A DNA stretch of 64,000 nucleotides. Source: Planctomycetota bacterium (lineage in GTDB: Bacteria; Planctomycetota; UBA1135; UBA2386). Below are positions 57,442 through 64,000 of the stretch, piece after piece. Position 1 is the stretch's first letter. Each line of letters begins with the position of its first letter. The notes below the pieces were generated by a model. That model was not told the origin of the DNA. It saw nothing but the letters and a program-made list of their open reading frames with translations, and ran no database searches. The translations under genes and the position numbers were made by a program. The stretch is from positions 4,320,001 to 4,384,000 of the forward strand of contig OZ245006.1 of the NCBI GenBank assembly GCA_965223545.1. Direction: 5' to 3'.

Positions 57442-58568
57442 CAGGCCGACTCGGCAGCCTGGGCGGCCACTTCGGTGCGGGTCGGCCGGAAGCGGATCGC
57501 GTGGCTGAACACGTAGCTCAGCACCGGGATGCCGAGGATCAGGCCCCACGGTCCGAACAGTTTGCCGCACACGGTCAGGATGATCAGCGTCAGTACCGGG
57601 TTCATGCGCAGGTGGTGGCCGTAGATGCGCGGGTTCAAGAAGTAGGCCTCGACGAAGTGCACGGCGAGGATCATGGCGATCGCCAACAGCGCCAGCGGGA
57701 AGCCGCCGTCGTTGAGCGCGACGACGCAGATCGGCGTCGAGCTGACGAAGACGCCCGCCACCGGGATGAAGCTGCAGAAGAACACCACGGTCGACAAGAA
57801 CACGAGATTGCCCTCGCCGATGCCGATCGCCCACATGCCGATCGCGGTGAGGATGGTGTTGCAGATCGCGATGAACAGCTGCGCCTCCATCGCCCGCCCC
57901 AGGACCTTGCAGAAGTTGTAGATGTTGCCGGCCACCTCGGCGTAGATGAAGCCGATCTTGGTGTTGGCCAGGCCGCGCACGCCGCGCGACAGCTTGGGCA
58001 GGTCGAGCACGATCAAGAACGAGAACAGCAGTGACAACAGGAACGCCGAGCCGACGCCCGTCAGCCAGTAGGCGGCGTTGCCCATCACCTTCAGCGTTTG
58101 GTCGACGTTCTCCTCGCCCACTTCGGTGTCGCCCAGACCGATCAGCAGCTCGATCTGTTTCTGCAGGCTGAACTCCTCGCCGAGGTCGTGCCCGAACCGT
58201 TCCAGGGCGAACTTCTTGATGTCCTCGTTGGCGTCTGCCACCCAGGTGCCGAAGTTGTTGCCCACCGCGGTGACCTGGTCGCGGATGTGCGGCGCCAGGA
58301 AGATTCCGACCGCCACCAGCGTGCCGAAGAACACCAAGAACACCAGCACCGCGCGCAGCCAGCGGGGCTTGATCCGGTGCGCCAAGCCGTCGACGCCGTG
58401 CGACTGGATGTAGGCGAAGACGAAGGTCAGAAAGACCAGCAGGAAGAACGGCCGCAGCAGGTAGATCAGGCTCGCCAGCAGGCCCCAGACGAAGATCCGC
58501 GAGCCCAGGCTGAAGATGCGATCCCAGGGCGGGGGGAGCGGATTCTGCATCGGCGGAGTCTCGACCAT
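57441..58568 (-). CDS. AI-2E (PerM/UPF0118) family transporter
   Basis: Multi-TM; SFIPVAG, EAYFLNPRIYG, FGPWGLILGIP. Confidence 0.88.
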   Translation of the reverse strand: MVETPPMQNPLPPPWDRIFSLGSRIFVWGLLASLIYLLRPFFLLVFLTFVFAYIQSHGVDGLAHRIKPRWLRAVLVFLVFFGTLVAVGIFLAPHIRDQVTAVGNNFGTWVADANEDIKKFALERFGHDLGEEFSLQKQIELLIGLGDTEVGEENVDQTLKVMGNAAYWLTGVGSAFLLSLLFSFLIVLDLPKLSRGVRGLANTKIGFIYAEVAGNIYNFCKVLGRAMEAQLFIAICNTILTAIGMWAIGIGEGNLVFLSTVVFFCSFIPVAGVFVSSTPICVVALNDGGFPLALLAIAMILAVHFVEAYFLNPRIYGHHLRMNPVLTLIILTVCGKLFGPWGLILGIPVLSYVFSHAIRFRPTRTEVAAQAAESA

Positions 58569-58645
58569 GGCCCGGCCTGTTCTAGCGGATTGGCCGAGCC
58601 GGCACAGCACTCGCCCGCGGTTCTCCGCCCGGCCGCGGCGCGATC

Positions 58646-59800
58646 TCAGCAGCAGCCGTCGGGCGCGCAGGCAGAGGCCTGGTCGGCGGTGCGGTCGTAG
58701 TCCGCGCCCTTGCTGGCGCGTGGGTGGCGGCGCTGGCCGCTGTCACACGCAAACGGCTGCGCTTCGTCCAGTGGGATCGGCGTGTGCGGTGACACCGGCG
58801 CGAACATCCCCTCGTACGGCGCGCGCTGCAGCAGGTGGAAGGTCTTGTCGCACACCGCCATGCGTTCGCCGCGGTGGAACACGTGGCCGTCGTCGTCGAA
58901 GACGCGAGAGAACGGTCCCCGGTAGATCAACGCCTGATTGCGCTCGAGACAGGGGCCGGCCTTTCCCTTGAACGCCTGCACCGTCACCGTGCGGAACTCG
59001 ATGCCCTCCACCGTGTGCCAGGGCTCGGCGCCGCGGTCGACGATCTCCATGCCGTGGAAGCCGGCGCGGGCGAATGCGGCGAGGAAGGCGTCCTCGCGGA
59101 ACGCGCCCGAGATGCACCCCGACCACAGCTTGGGATCGCGCTGCAGGTGCTCGGGCACGTCTTCGTCGCAGACGATGTCGGCGACCGCGACCCGGCCGCC
59201 GGTGCGCAGCACCCGGTACATCTCGTCGAACATCTTCTGCTTGTCGCGCGGGCGCACCAGGTTGAGCACGCAGTTCGACAGGATCACGTCGATCGAATCG
59301 TCGGCGACCAACGGTTGCTCGGCGCGCAGCCGCTCCTCCAGGTCGCGCAGCTCGAGCCAGCGGTCGGCGCCGTCGATCGGCCGGGCGGCGATCTCGCGAT
59401 CGAGCCGGTCGAGGTCCAGCGCCAGATCCTGGATTATGCCGCGGCGGAACTCCACGGTGTCGTGGCCGACGCGCTCGGCGATCTCCGCGTGGTGCTTCGC
59501 CGCCAGGGCCAGCATCTCGCGGTTCATGTCGACGCCGATCACCCGGCCGGTCGGGCCGGCGATCTGGGCGGCGATCCAGCACGCCTTGCCGGCGCCGGAG
59601 CCGAGGTCGAGCACGACGTCACCGGTGCGGACATAGGGCGTCGGATCGCCGCAGCCGTAGTCGCGCTCGATGATCTCGTCGGGCAGCACCCGCAGGTAGC
59701 GCGGATCGTAGGACACCGGGCAGCACAGCTCCTGTTCGCAGGAGCCGGCGCCCTGGGAGTAGCGGTCGCGGACCGCCGCCTCGGGGGTGGTCGTCGTCAT
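58646..59800 (-). CDS. ArsM-like SAM-dependent methyltransferase
   Basis: LCCPVSYD, DYGCGDP, LDLGSGAG, SNCVLNL, WSGCISGA, C-terminal CC. Confidence 0.8.
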   Translation of the reverse strand: MTTTTPEAAVRDRYSQGAGSCEQELCCPVSYDPRYLRVLPDEIIERDYGCGDPTPYVRTGDVVLDLGSGAGKACWIAAQIAGPTGRVIGVDMNREMLALAAKHHAEIAERVGHDTVEFRRGIIQDLALDLDRLDREIAARPIDGADRWLELRDLEERLRAEQPLVADDSIDVILSNCVLNLVRPRDKQKMFDEMYRVLRTGGRVAVADIVCDEDVPEHLQRDPKLWSGCISGAFREDAFLAAFARAGFHGMEIVDRGAEPWHTVEGIEFRTVTVQAFKGKAGPCLERNQALIYRGPFSRVFDDDGHVFHRGERMAVCDKTFHLLQRAPYEGMFAPVSPHTPIPLDEAQPFACDSGQRRHPRASKGADYDRTADQASACAPDGCC

Positions 59801-59909
59801 GGCGGATTCGTAGGCGCGGCGTGGCCGGGGCGCGGTGCGCCGCCGGCTGGCCGCAGGCTTGCATGCTACGGTGCGCGAGGCGCGGCGTAGCGCGAATCCG
59901 CCCTCGACC

Positions 59910-60485
59910 TCAGCCGCCGCGCCGGTCGGGTCCGCCCTTCTTGCCGCGCTCGCCGCCGCCGCGTCGGTCGGGCCCGCCCTTCTTGCCGCGCTCGCCGCCA
60001 CCGCGCCGGTCGGGTCCGCCCTTCTTGGCATCGCCGCCGCCGTCGCGTCGCTTGCTCTTCGGCCCCTTCTCGCCCTTGCCGTCGCGCTTGGCCTTGTCGC
60101 CGTCGCGCCGCTTGCCCTTGCCGCCCTTCTTGCCGTCGCCGTCACCGGCGAGCTCGGGGCGGTCTCGCAGCATCCGGGCCAGAGCCTTGCGCTCGTCGCC
60201 GTTGAGCTTGCCGTCGCCGTCCGCGTCGACCTTGGCGCGCAGCTCGGCTGCGGCCTTCGGGTGGTCCTTCTGGAACTTCTGCCAACGCTGCATGGCGTGG
60301 TCGCGTCCGCGGCCCTCCGCCTCGTCGCGCGCCTTCTTACCGTCGCGTGCCTTCTCTTTGGCCTCCTTGACGTCGACCTTGACCTTCTCGGACTTGCCCT
60401 TGACGTCGGGCTTGGCCTTCTCTTGAGCGGCCAGAGGAAGAGCCAGGGCGGCCGCGGCCACCACGATGGAGCTGATGATCTTCAT
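59910..60485 (-). CDS. Secreted low-complexity K/G/D/R-rich protein with one EF-hand-like loop and 14-aa tandem repeats
   Basis: RBS AAGGA; signal peptide; DADGDGKLNGDE; KKGGPDRRGGGERG repeats. Confidence 0.75.
   Translation of the reverse strand: MKIISSIVVAAAALALPLAAQEKAKPDVKGKSEKVKVDVKEAKEKARDGKKARDEAEGRGRDHAMQRWQKFQKDHPKAAAELRAKVDADGDGKLNGDERKALARMLRDRPELAGDGDGKKGGKGKRRDGDKAKRDGKGEKGPKSKRRDGGGDAKKGGPDRRGGGERGKKGGPDRRGGGERGKKGGPDRRGG
59913..60026. repeat. 42-bp coding tandem repeat, about 2.7 copies
   Basis: Unit encodes KKGGPDRRGGGERG on the minus strand, with synonymous differences between copies. Confidence 0.8.
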
Positions 60486-60654
60486 GACGAATTCCTTTCC
60501 GGATCGCGTTCCCGACCCGAGATCGAGATCGGGCCAGCATAGCCCTGTCTTGAGGCTAGTGTCTCGATTGCGGACCACCGTCCCGTGTTAGCCGTCGAAT
60601 TGGTGGATTGCCCGACAGTGGTCTACGGAGATCCGCCTCGCTATACCGGCGCCC

Positions 60655-62061
60655 TTGAAGCTGGTCGTCGTCATCGTCGTCGGGATGCGCCAAGCGGATC
60701 TCCAGCGCGCGCCCGCCATGGCGGCGCTCGCGGACCGGGGTTTCGGCGCCCGGCTCCGGCCCGTGTTCCCCGCCGTCACCTGCAGCGTGCAGGCGAGCTT
60801 CCTGACCGGTGCCCCGCCGCGCGACCACGGCATCGTCGCCAACGGCTGGTACTTTCGCGACCTCGCGCAGGTGTGGCTCTGGCGGCAGTCGAACCACCTC
60901 GTCCAGGGCATCAAGCTGTACGAGGAGGCGCGCCGCGCGGACCCTGCCTTCACCTGCGCCAAGCTGTTCTGGTGGTGGAACATGTATGCGGACGTGGACT
61001 GGAGCGTGACGCCGCGCCCCGAGTACCACGCCGACGGACTGAAGCGCCCCGGGATCTACACGCATCCGGCGGAGCTCGGTCCACGGCTGCAGGCGCAGCT
61101 CGGTGACTTTCCGCTGTTCGAGTTCTGGGGTCCGGCGGCTGGCATCGCGTCGACGCGGTGGATCGTCGACAGCGCGCTCGCGGTGCAGGCCGAGCACGAC
61201 CCGGCGCTGACCCTGGTGTATCTGCCACACCTCGACTACGACCACCAGCGCTACGGACCCGACGACCCGCGCAGCCACGCGCAGGTGCCGGTCGTCGATC
61301 GCGAGGTACAGCGGCTGATCGACGCGGCCGGCGCCCGCGGCGCCGAGATCGCGGTGTTGTCCGAGTACGGGATCGAGGCGGCGCACACACCGGTGATGAT
61401 CAACCGTCACCTGGCCGGTTCCGGCTGGCTGGCGGTGCAGCGGACCGGCCACGGGCAGCTGTTGGACGCGGGCGCGAGCCGCGCGTTTGCCGTCGCCGAC
61501 CATCAGGTGGCGCACGTCTACGTGCGCGATCCGTCGGATCTCGGCGCGGTCGCCGCGTCGTTGCGGCGGCTGGACGGGGTCGAGCACGTGCTGGACCGAG
61601 AGGCACAGGCCGCTTGGCAGATCGATCACCCGCGCAGCGGCGAGCTGGTGTGCGTCGCCGCGCCGGGCTGCTGGTTCGCCTACCACTACTGGCTCGATGA
61701 CCGCGAGGCGCCGGACTTCGCCCGCACGGTCGACATCCACCGCAAGCCGGGCTACGACCCCACCGAGCTGTTCTTGGATCCCGGGCTGCGGCTACCCAAG
61801 GCCCGCATCGCCAAGACACTGCTGAAGAAGAAGCTCGGGTTTCGCTACCTGATGGACGTGATCGGCCTCGACCCGACGCTGGTGCGCGGTACGCACGGCC
61901 GGCTCTATGAGGACCCCGCCGCCGGCCCGGTGTTCCTGTCGTCGACCAAGGCGGGCGCCGCCGACGAGATCGACGCCGTCGACGTCCGGCAGTGGATTCT
62001 CGATGCGTTGCGCTCCCCTGGGCGCGCAACCAGCGCCGCCCGCCCGCCGCCGCCGAGCTGA
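60655..62061 (+). CDS. Alkaline phosphatase superfamily nucleotide pyrophosphatase/phosphodiesterase (EboF-like)
   Basis: FPAVTCSVQ, HGIVANGWY, YLPHLDY, LSEYGI, VDIHRKPGYDP, GTHG. Confidence 0.85.
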   Translation: MKLVVVIVVGMRQADLQRAPAMAALADRGFGARLRPVFPAVTCSVQASFLTGAPPRDHGIVANGWYFRDLAQVWLWRQSNHLVQGIKLYEEARRADPAFTCAKLFWWWNMYADVDWSVTPRPEYHADGLKRPGIYTHPAELGPRLQAQLGDFPLFEFWGPAAGIASTRWIVDSALAVQAEHDPALTLVYLPHLDYDHQRYGPDDPRSHAQVPVVDREVQRLIDAAGARGAEIAVLSEYGIEAAHTPVMINRHLAGSGWLAVQRTGHGQLLDAGASRAFAVADHQVAHVYVRDPSDLGAVAASLRRLDGVEHVLDREAQAAWQIDHPRSGELVCVAAPGCWFAYHYWLDDREAPDFARTVDIHRKPGYDPTELFLDPGLRLPKARIAKTLLKKKLGFRYLMDVIGLDPTLVRGTHGRLYEDPAAGPVFLSSTKAGAADEIDAVDVRQWILDALRSPGRATSAARPPPPS

Positions 62062-62104
62062 GCGGCAGTTTGGCGGGTTTGCGCCGGCATGCGAAGATAC
62101 CGGT

Positions 62105-63058
62105 GTGCGTGGCTTCTCTTCCTGGTGGTCGGCGGTCGGGCCGGTGTTCGCGGTGCTCGCGGTTTCTTCCTGTGCGGACGCAGCTGCCGAGGCCGAGGCT
62201 GCGCGCGCCGCGGCGGCCGCCGCGCGAGCGGCGCAAGTCGAAGCGGAGGCCTCCGAGGGGCAAGAGCCGTCGGTGTTCACCCGGCACTCGGTCGACGGTG
62301 AGAACGGCAAGTTCGAGACCGCGATCACGACCTACGAGAACGACGACGGCGTCGAGGTGTCGCTGATCGCCGCCGTGCACATCGCCGACGGCGCGCACTA
62401 CCGCGAGCTGCAGAAGGAGTTCGAGGGCTACGACGCGTTGTTGTACGAGCTCGTTGCCGAAGCCGAAGATCGTCCCAAGCCCGGGGACGAGGTGCGTGGC
62501 GGCCCGATCGGCATGCTGCAGACGATGCTGAAGAACGGGCTCGAGCTCGAGTTCCAGCTCGACGCGATCGACTACTCGCCCGCCAACTTCGTGCACGCCG
62601 ATCTCACGCCGGAGGGCTTCTTGGAGGCGATGGACGAGCGCGGCGAGTCGTTCTTGACGATGTTCGCCAAGCTGGTGTTGCAGCAAATGGGCAGCATGCA
62701 GACCTCGTCCGAGGAGGCGGGAGTGGATCTGGCTGCGGCGTTTCGCGCTGGCTATGGCCGGCATGCGATGCGCATGGCGTTCGCCAGTCAGCTGGACGGG
62801 CTGGAAGCGATGGCGGCGGGCGGTGGCGTCGCCGGTGGCACGACGCTGCTCGAAGGGCGCAACGAGCGCGCGCTCGAGGTGCTGCGCGAGCAGATCGAGG
62901 CCGGCCGGCGCAAGCTGGGCATCTACTACGGCGCCGCCCACATGACCGGGATCGAGCAGGAGCTGGTCGAGTCGCTCGGCTTCCGCAAGGTCGGCGAGCG
63001 CTGGCTCTTGGCGTGGGACATCACCAAGCGGCCCGACCCCAAGCGCGGCAAGCGCTGA
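62105..63058 (+). CDS. Conserved hypothetical lipoprotein, possibly TraB/GumN-like
   Basis: Lipobox-like VLAVSSC; AAVHIAD, LYELV, FVHADL, RNERAL, YYGAAHM. Confidence 0.6.
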   Translation: MRGFSSWWSAVGPVFAVLAVSSCADAAAEAEAARAAAAAARAAQVEAEASEGQEPSVFTRHSVDGENGKFETAITTYENDDGVEVSLIAAVHIADGAHYRELQKEFEGYDALLYELVAEAEDRPKPGDEVRGGPIGMLQTMLKNGLELEFQLDAIDYSPANFVHADLTPEGFLEAMDERGESFLTMFAKLVLQQMGSMQTSSEEAGVDLAAAFRAGYGRHAMRMAFASQLDGLEAMAAGGGVAGGTTLLEGRNERALEVLREQIEAGRRKLGIYYGAAHMTGIEQELVESLGFRKVGERWLLAWDITKRPDPKRGKR

Positions 63059-63137
63059 TCCAACGTCGGGCTCGCTGCGTTCCACGGCGGGCAAGAGCGT
63101 TCCAGACTCAGGCCCTGATCGCCGCTCCACTGGTGGC

Positions 63138-63956
63138 ATGAGATCTGTCGAGTTCCGGCCCGCGCGGGCGGGCGCTGCCCACGAGGTGTCGGACTTGGTG
63201 CGCGCGTGTGGTCTGCCGTGGGGCGTGCCGCCGGCCTCCGTCGAGGGGTTCGTCACCGCATGGAGCGACGGAGCCCTGATCGGAGCCGCGGGTGTCGAAG
63301 ACCACGGCGCCGAGGGTCTGCTGCGATCGGTGGCCGTGGCGCCGGGGCACCGGGGTCGCGGCATCGCCGCGGCGCTCTGCGATCGAGCCGAGGCCATGGC
63401 GCGCGGCCGCGGCATCGGTCGGCTTTGGTTGCTGACCGCCACCGCGGGCGAGTTCTTCGCGCGCCGCGGCTACGCGGAGGTCGACCGGGAGGCAGCCCCC
63501 GCGGCATTGCGTGCGCACGAGCAGTGGCGCGGTGCCTGCCCCGCCGACGCGCGGTGCCTGCGCAAATCGCTGCGGCAAGCGGCGACGGTCTGGCCAGCCG
63601 ACCTGCTGCCGCTGCGGGCCGACGTCGACGGCGCCCGCTGCTGGCACCTCGCGCTCGAGCGCAGCAAGCTCTCCTACTACGAGGTCGAACCCCACACGCG
63701 ATTCGAGCGCCACGCCCACGATGGCGAGCAGATCACCACCGTGTTGAGCGGCACGCTGTACTTCGAGATCGAGCAGCGCGTGGTCGCCGTCGGCACGGGT
63801 GGCGCGATCGCGCTGCCGCCGGCGGTCGAGCACGCGGTGTTCACGCGCGCGTCGGCGGTGATCGCCTGCGATGCCTGGTCGATTCCCATTGCGGTGGAGG
63901 CCGCGTCGGATCCAGCGCGTAGAGGCGCCGAAACGCCGCCGGCGTCCGGCCCGTGA
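63138..63956 (+). CDS. ArsN2-like GNAT acetyltransferase fused to a C-terminal cupin domain
   Basis: GLLRSVAV..HRGRGIA, LWLLTATAGEFF..RGY, CPADA; cupin HAHDGEQ...SG...PPAVEH. Confidence 0.78.
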   Translation: MRSVEFRPARAGAAHEVSDLVRACGLPWGVPPASVEGFVTAWSDGALIGAAGVEDHGAEGLLRSVAVAPGHRGRGIAAALCDRAEAMARGRGIGRLWLLTATAGEFFARRGYAEVDREAAPAALRAHEQWRGACPADARCLRKSLRQAATVWPADLLPLRADVDGARCWHLALERSKLSYYEVEPHTRFERHAHDGEQITTVLSGTLYFEIEQRVVAVGTGGAIALPPAVEHAVFTRASAVIACDAWSIPIAVEAASDPARRGAETPPASGP

Positions 63957-64000
63957 CCCGCTTGAAGACGCGCCCGAAGTGACTCTGGTCGGCGAACCCG
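63841..64000 (-). CDS. AraC-family transcriptional regulator, 3' end only (not in the ORF track)
   Basis: Minus strand from 63999 reads GFADQSHFGRVFKRVTGRTPAAFRR..., the AraC HTH signature; stop at 63841-63843. Confidence 0.85.
   Translation of the reverse strand, partial: GFADQSHFGRVFKRVTGRTPAAFRRLYALDPTRPPPQWESTRHRRRSPPTRA

Noticed and set aside
43545..60485. C-terminal GG of the M16 partner (SCGG) and of the low-complexity protein (RRGG) as ubiquitin-like substrates for the JAB/MoeB pair
   Set aside because: Neither resembles a beta-grasp protein, both are far from the pair, and GG ends are common in GC-rich genomes.
60655..62061. A complete ebo gene cluster
   Set aside because: Only the EboF-like phosphodiesterase is present; no neighbouring eboA-E-like genes.
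353..63922. Many long overlapping ORFs in the track (e.g. 353-2611, 36714-39440, 51893-54580, and the upstream parts of 7910-10699, 20892-24452 and 29740-34023)
   Set aside because: Antisense or off-frame shadows typical of high-GC DNA; Arg/Pro/Ala-rich, motif-free and overlapping well-supported genes.

Overview
A GC-rich, gene-dense bacterial window, probably from a Planctomycetota/PVC organism. That placement is inferred from gene content: an ELWxxDGT protein, multiheme cytochrome plus beta-propeller pairs, a ctaA-ctaB-ABC-DUF420 cluster and a recurring terminal domain on secreted proteins. Most genes are housekeeping or envelope functions (topB, moeB/JAB, Opp/Dpp permeases, pfkA, rsmD, ctaA/ctaB, rapA, recN, manA, rluB, M16/M17/S8/M14 peptidases). 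Main signals: (1) An intact IS110 element (10732-12376) sits exactly at the centre of a REP-like palindrome (GTACGGAGCC-A-GGCTCCG) with a CAG core at both junctions. Its 5' non-coding end carries 7-8 nt copies of the target and donor half-sites, in the order expected of a bridge RNA. (2) The same REP-like family recurs as an empty inverted pair (51821-51882) and as a 31-bp direct repeat bracketing one small secreted-protein gene (45383-45799); these copies bound a ~6.5 kb accessory block. (3) An exported Bcp/PrxQ peroxiredoxin has an in-frame UGA at the catalytic Cys position followed by a SECIS-like hairpin, so it is a probable selenoprotein. (4) A ~120-aa terminal domain is shared by four unrelated secreted proteins. 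(5) An M14 peptidase gene is frameshifted. No rRNA, tRNA or CRISPR array was recognised. All family calls come from reading motifs by eye; no database searches were run.
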